Shown: in pieces, positions 40,032 through 47,625 of the stretch
Layout: the number at the start of each line of letters is the position of its first letter
Numbering within the stretch: position 1 is the stretch's first letter
Assembly (NCBI GenBank): GCA_938041455.1
Contig: CALITO010000008.1
Coordinates: forward strand, 120,416 to 184,415
Direction of reading: 5' to 3'
Length of the DNA: 64,000 nt
Origin: an uncultured bacterium
GTDB lineage: Bacteria > Armatimonadota > JACIXR01
Program-made: the position numbers and the translations under genes
Notes under the pieces: model-generated
What the model was told of the DNA's origin: nothing
The model's database searches: none
Seen by the model: the letters and a program-made list of their open reading frames with translations, nothing else

Positions 40032-40059
40032 TTGAACCAATAAATTGCTTTGCTATAAT
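40032..40059 (+). promoter_or_regulatory. promoter with extended -10 (TTGAAC-16-TGcTATAAT) for the BON-tyrS-purM unit
   Basis: TTGAAC at 40032-40037, TGC at 40051-40053 and TATAAT at 40054-40059. AAGGAGG at about 40086 precedes the ATG at 40102. Confidence 0.55.
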
Positions 40060-40101
40060 TATACACAGAAAAACAAGATTAAACAAGGAGGCGATTACTC
40101 A

Positions 40102-40338
40102 ATGCGTCCAGAGGATGCCATCCTTGCTAAATCCATAATGAGCGAGCTGGCTCGCAGGCGTATCAATACCTCGCAGTTAAGAGTCACAGTTTCTATGGGA
40201 ATAGCAAGAGTAGAGGGCACAATTAGAAGGATAAGAGGCGATATGAGAGACCTTAATCAGGAAATAGAAAGAGCAAAAGATATAATAAAGAGAAAGCCAG
40301 GGATTAGAGATGTAGTAATTAATGTGAAAATAAGATGA
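40102..40338 (+). CDS. small BON-like domain protein
   Basis: 78 aa from the ATG at 40102. VTVSMGIARVEGTI...AKDIIKRKPGIRDVVINVKI resembles the BON fold pattern. ATGA overlap with tyrS. Confidence 0.45.
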   Translation: MRPEDAILAKSIMSELARRRINTSQLRVTVSMGIARVEGTIRRIRGDMRDLNQEIERAKDIIKRKPGIRDVVINVKIR

Positions 40339-41549
40339 GCCCGGAGAAACAACTCGAAATTTTGACAAGAGGGTGTGTGGAGGTAATCACGGAGGAGGAA
40401 TTATTGGAAAGGCTTAGGGGAAAGCAGCATTTAACCGTTAAGTATGGAGCGGACCCAAGTGCCCCCGACCTTCATTTAGGTCATAGTATACCATTAAGAA
40501 AGCTTCGCCAATTCCAAGAATTAGGGCATAAAGTAGTTTTTATTATTGGTGATTTCACCGCTATGATAGGCGACCCCTCTGGAATGTCGCAAACGAGAAA
40601 ACAGTTAAGCAGGGAAGAGGTTGAAAAAAATGCCCAAACTTACCTTCATCAGGTAGGTAAGATATTGGATGTTGAGAAAGCGGAAATAATTTTTAACTCC
40701 CAATGGTTCTCGAGAATGAGCTTAGAGGAAGCGCTTAATTCCCTCGCCTCTAAATATACTCTCGCAAGAATGTTGGAAAGAGAGGATTTCGCAACGAGGT
40801 TTAAAGAGGGAAAGCCCATTTACATCCACGAGCTTCTTTACCCTCTTATGCAAGGATACGACTCCCTTATGATATCTGCGGATGTGGAAATCGGAGGGAC
40901 GGACCAGAAATTCAATATGCTCGTGGGTAGGGAGCTTCAAACAGAAAGCGGGCAGAAACCCCAGGTGGTGATGACCTTGCCCCTCTTAGAGGGTTTGGAT
41001 GGAATAGCTAAGATGAGCAAGAGCCTCGGAAATTATGTGGGTCTAACCGATTCTCCCAAAGAGATGTTCGGTAAATTGATGTCGATATCGGATGATTTGA
41101 TGTGGCGTTATCTCCAACTCCTCACAGACACCCCTCCAGAGAAAGCGAACTTGCTTAGAAAAAGAGTAAGTGAAGAAAAATTGAACCCTATGGAAATAAA
41201 AATGAATCTTGCTTATCAAATAGTAGCAACCTATCACGGAGAAAGAAAGGCTTCTCAAGCAAGGGACGAGTTCGAAAAGGTTTTTAGAAGGGGTGAATTA
41301 CCCAGCCATTTAGAAGAAGTAGTTATACCTAAAAACTACCTTAAGGATGGTAAGTTGTGGATTGTGAAGTTGCTCGTCCTCTCGGGTTTCGTCAACGGGA
41401 CGAGGGAGGCGAAGAGATTAATAAGCCAGGGGGCGGTAAAGATAAATAAGCAACAAATAAGCAATGGAGACCTGGATGTGGATGTGGAAGAAGGGATGAT
41501 TGTGCAGATAGGGAAAAGGAAGTTCTTCAAGGTGTTAATAGGGGATTGA
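40335..41549 (+). CDS. tyrS: tyrosyl-tRNA synthetase
   Basis: HLGH (PDLHLGHSIP) and KMSKS motifs with a C-terminal S4-like domain (GTREAKRLISQGAVKIN). Confidence 0.95.
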   Translation: MSPEKQLEILTRGCVEVITEEELLERLRGKQHLTVKYGADPSAPDLHLGHSIPLRKLRQFQELGHKVVFIIGDFTAMIGDPSGMSQTRKQLSREEVEKNAQTYLHQVGKILDVEKAEIIFNSQWFSRMSLEEALNSLASKYTLARMLEREDFATRFKEGKPIYIHELLYPLMQGYDSLMISADVEIGGTDQKFNMLVGRELQTESGQKPQVVMTLPLLEGLDGIAKMSKSLGNYVGLTDSPKEMFGKLMSISDDLMWRYLQLLTDTPPEKANLLRKRVSEEKLNPMEIKMNLAYQIVATYHGERKASQARDEFEKVFRRGELPSHLEEVVIPKNYLKDGKLWIVKLLVLSGFVNGTREAKRLISQGAVKINKQQISNGDLDVDVEEGMIVQIGKRKFFKVLIGD

Positions 41550-42649
41550 GACTGGTGGAAGGCAGCAGATTGGATTATTCAAAAGCTGGTGTAGACATAG
41601 AGGGGGAGGAGAAGGGGATGGGGAGGCTTCTTCAGTGGATAAATAAAAGTATTGAATATGGGGAGGTGGCGCTACCCGTTGGTTATTTTGCTAATGTGAT
41701 CAACATAGGAGGGATAGGAATAGCTATTTCCATAGATGGGGTGGGGACTAAGCTTCTGGTGGCGCAGATGCTGGGTAAATATGACACCGTGGGAATAGAC
41801 TGCGTAGCGATGAATGTTAATGATGTGATATGTGTGGGGGCAAGGGCAGTCTGTATGGTTGATTATCTTGCCTTAGAAGAGCCCCGGGAGGATTTGTTGG
41901 AGGGGATAGGTAAAGGACTTTATGAAGGGGCGAGGAGGGCTGGGATAGCAATAGTAGGAGGTGAAACTGCACAGTTGAGGGAAATGCTCAAGGGGATGAG
42001 GAAAGGCTATGCCTTTGATTTGGCGGGAGCTTGTCTGGGAATCGTTGCTTTGGAAAGAGTGATAACGGGAAAGGGGATAGAAGATGGAGACATCGTTATC
42101 GGCTTGGAAAGCAGCGGGATCCATAGCAATGGGTTGACCTTAGCTCGGAAAGTTCTGCTGAAGGACCACCTATCGCTTTACAGATTTTCCCCCGATTTAG
42201 GGAGAACGATAGGGGAGGAGTTATTGGAGCCTACCCACATATATGCGAGGGAGGTGTACAAGATATTGGATAGTGGGGTAAGGGTGAAAGCTCTGGTTAA
42301 TATAACCGGTGGGGGGTGGCTGAACCTTTTAAGAGTAGCGAAGCCCGTGGATATAGAGATAGAGAATTTGCCTCCTATACCCCCGATATTTTCTTTAATT
42401 CAAAGAGAGGGGAATATAAGTGACGAGGAGATGTTCAGGGTATTCAATATGGGCATAGGTTTCTGTCTGATAGTGGCGGAGGAAGATGTGGGAGTAGTTC
42501 AGGAAATATTGAGTAGGTCGAATTTGAAGTCCTATATTTTAGGGAGAGTGAAAACGGCGAAAGAAGAGAAAAGCAGAGTAGTATTGCGCCCCTTGGGTCT
42601 TGTAGGTGAAGGACGAAGTTTCAAGAGAGAGGAAAATTTGTTCCGATAA
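41546..42649 (+). CDS. purM: phosphoribosylformylglycinamidine cyclo-ligase (AIR synthase)
   Basis: DYSKAGVDIEG, GIDCVAMNVNDV and SSGIHSNGLTL motifs. The start (TTG 41546 or GTG 41555) overlaps the tyrS stop. Confidence 0.85.
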   Translation: MRLVEGSRLDYSKAGVDIEGEEKGMGRLLQWINKSIEYGEVALPVGYFANVINIGGIGIAISIDGVGTKLLVAQMLGKYDTVGIDCVAMNVNDVICVGARAVCMVDYLALEEPREDLLEGIGKGLYEGARRAGIAIVGGETAQLREMLKGMRKGYAFDLAGACLGIVALERVITGKGIEDGDIVIGLESSGIHSNGLTLARKVLLKDHLSLYRFSPDLGRTIGEELLEPTHIYAREVYKILDSGVRVKALVNITGGGWLNLLRVAKPVDIEIENLPPIPPIFSLIQREGNISDEEMFRVFNMGIGFCLIVAEEDVGVVQEILSRSNLKSYILGRVKTAKEEKSRVVLRPLGLVGEGRSFKREENLFR

Positions 42650-42725
42650 TAAATCTTATGTTAACTTAATTGCGCGGAAACGACCTCTATACTTGCTCTA
42701 AAAGAAGGGGGTTTATATTAAAACT

Positions 42726-43577
42726 TCACCAGATGCTCTTCCAGAGAATGTCCTCTACATCTGCGTATTGCTTGCGTAGGTTCTCATAAAGAGCTGCGTT
42801 CTGAATAGCTATCGCTGCCTGGGCCGCTATAGAATTGAGAAAATCTATCTCCTCCTGAAGGAACCGACGAGGTTCACTTGTGTAAATCCTCACCACCCCT
42901 ATTTTTCTATCCGCAACTTTTAAGGGAACCGATAACACGGAAACTATCCCTTCTCTCCGTGCATCCTCAGGATACTGAAAACGGGGGTCTTTCCTTGCAT
43001 CCTCTATATAAACAACCTTTCCTTCTAAAACTTCCTTATCTACCTTGCTACTCTCAACATCCACTGGTCCTTTATCAAGATACTCCTTGCTTAGGCCATA
43101 AGCAGATTTCAACTCCAATCTTTGCCCGCTATGGTCCAAAAGCCTGATGGAGCAGCCTTTAACCCCTAATGCCTTTACCGTTTCCTGCACCATAGTAGAG
43201 AGCAAGCCTGACATATCTAACATAGAACACATTCTCTTCTCCATATCGGAGAGAGTGGAGAGATATTTTATCCTTCTGTTAAGGGAGGATATAATTGTAG
43301 ACGCTAAGAGAGCAGTAAGTAACCAACTTATCGTCCCCATAATGCCCACCCACAAACTTCCCCCGCTCACACCAACCGCCCAGCTAAAGACTATGGAAAC
43401 TATAATAGCGGTGCCCAGGGATACAGCGAATCCCAAAAGGGAAGCCAAGACAACCGCTAATGTGAAAAGATAAGCGTAACCATAGCGGTAGGTTTGCTCC
43501 CGAGGAGAAAGATGAAGTAAGAGAGACACGACAATCAGTATACCTAAAATGAGAAGAAATATACCTACTTTTTTCAT
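42726..43577 (-). CDS. membrane-anchored GAF-domain protein
   Basis: About 4 N-terminal TM segments, then a GAF-like domain (…GCSIRLLD…VLSVPLKVADRKIGVVRIYT…FLNSIAAQAAIAIQNA). No output domain is present. Confidence 0.7.
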   Translation of the reverse strand: MKKVGIFLLILGILIVVSLLLHLSPREQTYRYGYAYLFTLAVVLASLLGFAVSLGTAIIVSIVFSWAVGVSGGSLWVGIMGTISWLLTALLASTIISSLNRRIKYLSTLSDMEKRMCSMLDMSGLLSTMVQETVKALGVKGCSIRLLDHSGQRLELKSAYGLSKEYLDKGPVDVESSKVDKEVLEGKVVYIEDARKDPRFQYPEDARREGIVSVLSVPLKVADRKIGVVRIYTSEPRRFLQEEIDFLNSIAAQAAIAIQNAALYENLRKQYADVEDILWKSIW

Positions 43578-43606
43578 TAGATTTCACATCCTTTTCTCTT
43601 TGTTTG

Positions 43607-43681
43607 TGGTGGGCCCGGCCGGATTCGAACCAGCAACCAACCGGTTATGAGCCGGCTGCTCTGCCGTTGAGCTACGGGCCC
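43607..43681 (-). tRNA. tRNA with anticodon CAT (elongator Met or lysidine-modified Ile2), CCA encoded
   Basis: The minus strand reads GGGCCCG-TA-GCTC-AACGGCA-GAGC-A-GCCGG-CTCATAA-CCGGT-TGGTT-GCTGG-TTCGAAT-CCGGC-CGGGCCC-A-CCA, a full 75-nt cloverleaf. A G1:C72 pair and no GGG/CCC in the anticodon stem argue against an initiator. Confidence 0.9.
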
Positions 43682-43688
43682 CAACTTT

Positions 43689-44708
43689 TCAATCTATTTC
43701 TTCTATATACTCCTTTATTTTTCTTATTCTATGAGGATGGCGCATTTTTTTCAAGGCTTTTGCCTCTATCTGCCTCACCCTTTCTCTGGTCACCCCCAAA
43801 ATCTTCCCCACTTCTTCTAAAGTCCTTTGGTAACCGCTATCTAGTCCATATCTTAATCTTATAACCAATTGCTCCCTTGCCGTCAAGCAGGAATTAACTA
43901 ACTGCTCCAGTTGTTCCCTCTGCATAACGCGAGTCACTTCTTCTTCGGGAGATGGAGAATCATTATCTGCCACGAAGTCCAATACCCTGCTGTCATCGTC
44001 TTCGCCGGTTATATTATCCAAAGAGATGGGATCGGGAGTAATATCCAAGATGCGCTGGACTTCTTCTATGGTCAATCCCGTTTCCTCGCTTAATTCTTCT
44101 ATCGTTGGTTTTCTACCAAGCTGTTGGGTGAGTTGCCGAACTGCACGGGAGAGCTTGTGAAGATTCTCCACCATATGCACCGGGATGCGCACAAGGCGAG
44201 CTTGGTCAGCGATGGAGCGGGAGATGGCTTGTCTTATCCACCATGTAGCATAGGTGGAAAATTTAAAACCCTTTCGCCAATCAAATTTCTCCACCGCCTT
44301 TATAAGCCCCAAATGCCCCTCCGCAACAAGGTCAGCGAAGGGCAATCCCCTGCCTATTCTCTTCTTAGCGATACTTATTACCAAGCGGAAATTAGCCTCT
44401 ATCATCTTTCGCTTAGCATCTTCATCCCCTTGTTCTATCCTCTGGGCTAATTCCACCTCTTCCTCCGGAGTTAAAAGGGGTATCCTACTCACCTCTTTAA
44501 GCCAAGCTTTGACAGCATCTTCTATGATGATTTCCCTTTTTTCCTCTAATTTTGTGCTCCCCCAAACCATCTCCTTTACATCGTCTTCTTCTACCAAGAA
44601 CTCGTCCTCTTCCCAGCCATCCTTCTCTACTTCGTCATTTTCTCCTTCCCTATAATCGGGGAAACTATCGATACCTCTTCGCTTCCTTCCTCTCACAAAG
44701 CTATTCAC
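43689..44708 (-). CDS. rpoD: primary RNA polymerase sigma factor (sigma-70/SigA)
   Basis: Acidic N-terminus, region 2 (GHLGLIKAVEKFDWRKGFKFSTYATWWIRQAISR), region 3 and region 4.2 (TLEEVGKILGVTRERVRQIEAKAL). Confidence 0.9.
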   Translation of the reverse strand: MNSFVRGRKRRGIDSFPDYREGENDEVEKDGWEEDEFLVEEDDVKEMVWGSTKLEEKREIIIEDAVKAWLKEVSRIPLLTPEEEVELAQRIEQGDEDAKRKMIEANFRLVISIAKKRIGRGLPFADLVAEGHLGLIKAVEKFDWRKGFKFSTYATWWIRQAISRSIADQARLVRIPVHMVENLHKLSRAVRQLTQQLGRKPTIEELSEETGLTIEEVQRILDITPDPISLDNITGEDDDSRVLDFVADNDSPSPEEEVTRVMQREQLEQLVNSCLTAREQLVIRLRYGLDSGYQRTLEEVGKILGVTRERVRQIEAKALKKMRHPHRIRKIKEYIEEID

Positions 44709-44729
44709 TCCTTTTTAGAAGCCACAGTT

Positions 44730-46472
44730 TTACAAAAGTTCGTATATTTCGCCTAGAAGAGAACGCAAGGAACTGATAGACTTCTTTTGGGCAAAATGCC
44801 CTTCCTTTAATAATTTTAACACCCTTTCATTTATTCGTCCACTGTGCCTCAGATGAAATTCCGTTATCTTTAGGACGCAATCATAAATAACCTGCTCAGA
44901 AGGAGGAGGCATCGCCGTAAGCTCTAATTCGCTAACCTTGTTTTTTTCCTCTTCTTCTAAAATATTAAGCAAAGCCTGGCGAGAGAAGCCCTCCCCTAAC
45001 GATTTCAATTTAATATATATGGCTTTAAGCAAGGGGTTGGAGAAACTCTCTTCCCTTAATAGGCTGCTCATAAGAGGTATAAAAGATGGTTGTAAAAGTA
45101 ATGAACGAATTAGTTCTCTTTCTGCTTTCTCTTCTGCTTGGTGAATACTTGTTACCATCGGTGGGCTTTGGGGGGGCACTTCCCTTTTTCCCTTCCCCCC
45201 TACTCTTCTCTTTTTCACCTCCGCCGTTACCCACTCTACATAATCTCTCACCATTTCCGGCTTCCCCTCCGCTAACTCCTCGGCAAATTTCTTGATTAAC
45301 TTGTTCCTCCTGCCCGGCTCTTCTATCTCCGAGATAAGTTCTATAGCTTCCCTTTTCCCCTCCTCCCCTTTCTCCAAAGATTTTTTTAATCGGAAATCGT
45401 AAATATCTACTGCCTTGTCTAAAAGTGCCTCAAATTCTCCCCTACCCTTTTCCCTAACGAAGGTATCGGGATCGCTACCCTCGGGTAAAAGCATAACCTT
45501 AGCAGAGAGGCGAGATTCCTCTATAAGGGGGGTAGCCCTTAAAGCGGCGTTCATTCCTGGGGAATCGGGGTCAAAGGCGAGGATTATTTCCTCGGCATAC
45601 CTTCTCAGTAGGTGAAGGTGTGGTTGGGTCAAAGCGGTGCCCAATGTGGCGAGCACATTTTTAATCCCTGCCTCGTAAAGGGCGATAGCATCCATATACC
45701 CTTCCACAATAATTGCTTTTTTGTTCTCCCCAATGTGTTTTTTCGCTATGTGAAATCCATAAAGCACTCTACCCTTTTTGAATATAGGGGTTTCAGAGCT
45801 ATTTATGTATTTTGGTGTGGAATCGTCAAGCACTCTCCCTCCGAAAGCAACCACTTTCCCCTCGGGGGAGAAAATAGGGAATATTATCCTGTCCCCCAAA
45901 AGTAGACGAAGCCCGTCTTCCCTTTTTGAGAAGACACCGCTTTTTGCTAAATCTTCGGGGTTCAAATCTTTCTTGCGAAGAAGCTCGAGCAATTCTCTTA
46001 TATCAGAAGGGGCGAAGCCCAACCTGAATTCCTCTATTGTCTCTTGCTTCAACCCCCTTCTCTTGAGATATTCCCTACCCTTTTCCCCCTCGGCTCTATT
46101 TAACAGGATATCTTGCCAATATCTCGTACAGATCTCGCATATCTCTAAGAGTTTTCCTCTTTCACTTTCTCTTTTGTCCCATTGGAATGATATACCGACT
46201 CTTTCCGCTATGAGTTGGGCTGCTTCCATAAAGTCGATGTTCTCCATTTTCATAACGAATGAAAAGATATCGCCTCCTGCCCCACATCCGAAACAATGCC
46301 AAAGGCCTTTTTCCTCACTTATTGTTAAAGAGGGGTTCCTATCGGGATGAAAAGGGCAGAGCGCCTTATAAGAACGCCCTGCCCTCTTCACGGGTATATA
46401 AAAAGAAACTATCTCAACTATGTTTGCAGTGTTCCTTATCTCTTCTATTAGGTCTTGGAAAGAGCGAGGCAC
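44730..46472 (-). CDS. dnaG: DNA primase
   Basis: Zinc finger CPFHPDRNPSLTISEEKGLWHCFGCGAGG and TOPRIM IIVEGYMDAIAL...AFDPD. The GTG start lies 2 nt after the upstream stop. Confidence 0.9.
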   Translation of the reverse strand: MPRSFQDLIEEIRNTANIVEIVSFYIPVKRAGRSYKALCPFHPDRNPSLTISEEKGLWHCFGCGAGGDIFSFVMKMENIDFMEAAQLIAERVGISFQWDKRESERGKLLEICEICTRYWQDILLNRAEGEKGREYLKRRGLKQETIEEFRLGFAPSDIRELLELLRKKDLNPEDLAKSGVFSKREDGLRLLLGDRIIFPIFSPEGKVVAFGGRVLDDSTPKYINSSETPIFKKGRVLYGFHIAKKHIGENKKAIIVEGYMDAIALYEAGIKNVLATLGTALTQPHLHLLRRYAEEIILAFDPDSPGMNAALRATPLIEESRLSAKVMLLPEGSDPDTFVREKGRGEFEALLDKAVDIYDFRLKKSLEKGEEGKREAIELISEIEEPGRRNKLIKKFAEELAEGKPEMVRDYVEWVTAEVKKRRVGGKGKREVPPQSPPMVTSIHQAEEKAERELIRSLLLQPSFIPLMSSLLREESFSNPLLKAIYIKLKSLGEGFSRQALLNILEEEEKNKVSELELTAMPPPSEQVIYDCVLKITEFHLRHSGRINERVLKLLKEGHFAQKKSISSLRSLLGEIYELL

Positions 46473-46474
46473 CC

Positions 46475-47452
46475 TTACATAGAGATCGTGATAGACACTA
46501 CTTTTTTATCACTACTTCTTATACCGAAGACAACACGGTAGCTCTCGTCATATCTGCAGAACATAATTCCTTCACTTGTTGATGTTTCCTCTGGCCAGCC
46601 GTAGGCCTGTAAGACATCGGTGTAGGAACTACCCAGAGTTATCCCTTTGGATGTGCGGGCTTTTTCCCACTTATTGCCGCTGACCGTTACTTCAACCACC
46701 CTTCCATCAGTTTGGGAAAGCGTTACTCTAAGGGTTATTCCACCCTTAAGGCGATAAACCCAGAGCACCTTATCGGGAGAAACGGTTATCTGAGGGGAAG
46801 GTGCAGCGCCGGGCATACCCATCATAGCTTGTGTGCTCGTTATCCCGGGAAGGGGGAAAACGGCTCCCTGGGGGCCAACTGGTCCACCCATCGGTGTGGC
46901 AGTTCCTGCTGGACGCATCCCGGGCATAGGACCCATTCCGGGACCCATCATTCCTGGCATTCCTGAACCCATCATTCCCGGTCCCATCATCCCCGGCATT
47001 CCTGAACCCATCATCCCCGGCACACCCATCCCTGGCGTCATTCCTGGACGTCCTCCCCCCATCACACCAGGGGTACTCGGTCCCATCGCCCCCGGCGTCA
47101 TTCCTGGCATACCCATTCCTGGCATACCCATTCCCGGCATACCCATTCCCGGCATACCCACTCCCGGCGTCATTCCTGGGCGTGCTCCCCCCATCACACC
47201 GGGCATACCTGCACCCATCATCCCGGGCAAGCCCGCTGTGGGAGTTGTTACCCCCGTCTGAAGACCCACTATTATTTCATCAGGTAGTCCGTAGAGTTTT
47301 ATAACATGGTCCCAGGATTTCCCTACCGTTATTCCTGCAATGGTTCGCTCAGGTGTAACTGTCTGCGCTCGGGACGCTGTTAGATCCTCTTGAGCGGAGG
47401 CACTTAACACTATAAAGCTCAGTATGAAGACAAAATAAGCTTTTTTCAACAA
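46475..47452 (-). CDS. secreted protein with a central Met/Gly/Pro tandem-repeat region of about 150 aa
   Basis: AGGAGGTGAT Shine-Dalgarno, then a TTG at 47452 giving MLKKAYFVFILSFIVLSASAQE (signal peptide). The ORF-track GTG at 47461 lies inside the Shine-Dalgarno. Flanking motifs IAGITVGKSWDHVIKLYGLPDE and SKGITLGSSYTDVLQAYGWPEE bracket the (MPGMG)n-type repeats. Confidence 0.7.
   Translation of the reverse strand: MLKKAYFVFILSFIVLSASAQEDLTASRAQTVTPERTIAGITVGKSWDHVIKLYGLPDEIIVGLQTGVTTPTAGLPGMMGAGMPGVMGGARPGMTPGVGMPGMGMPGMGMPGMGMPGMTPGAMGPSTPGVMGGGRPGMTPGMGVPGMMGSGMPGMMGPGMMGSGMPGMMGPGMGPMPGMRPAGTATPMGGPVGPQGAVFPLPGITSTQAMMGMPGAAPSPQITVSPDKVLWVYRLKGGITLRVTLSQTDGRVVEVTVSGNKWEKARTSKGITLGSSYTDVLQAYGWPEETSTSEGIMFCRYDESYRVVFGIRSSDKKVVSITISM
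47106..47165. repeat. 15-nt tandem repeat x4 (GGCATACCCATTCCY), encoding MPGMG units on the minus strand
   Basis: Units lie at 47106-47120, 47121-47135, 47136-47150 and 47151-47165 with 1-2 substitutions. A second, 39-nt repeat starts at 46956 and 46995 (GGCATTCCTGAACCCATCAT...). Confidence 0.9.
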
Positions 47453-47587
47453 TTGTATCACCTCCTATTCTTTTGACACAAAACGAGATAATTTTGTTTC
47501 CTTAGTTTAATGCTATCACTATTTTGTATCTTTGTCAAAATAATTTGCCCCAAATTGATATTGAATTATTCAATCAAGCCTTAGAAA

Positions 47588-47616
47588 TTAACAACCTCCT
47601 TAAAATAATATAGAAT
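47588..47616 (+). promoter_or_regulatory. promoter TTAACA-17-TAGAAT, 9 nt upstream of the polA ATG (leaderless-type)
   Basis: TTAACA at 47588-47593, an exactly 17-nt spacer, TAGAAT at 47611-47616 and the ATG at 47626. There is no Shine-Dalgarno in TTAATCGCT. Confidence 0.5.
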
Positions 47617-47625
47617 TTAATCGCT

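Noticed and set aside
43578-43700. The tRNA(CAT) as a possible genomic-island integration site.
   Set aside because: There is no integrase, no direct repeat of the tRNA 3' end, no compositional break, and housekeeping genes lie on both sides.
46833-47261. A 142-aa plus-strand ORF rich in P/G/I (PGIPIPGIPIPG...), antisense to the Met/Gly/Pro repeat gene.
   Set aside because: It is the mirror image of the repeat. It has no signal peptide or Shine-Dalgarno and no non-repetitive flanking domains. The minus-strand frame continues into a signal peptide and two globular motifs. A stop-free antisense frame is expected in GC-rich triplet-periodic repeats.
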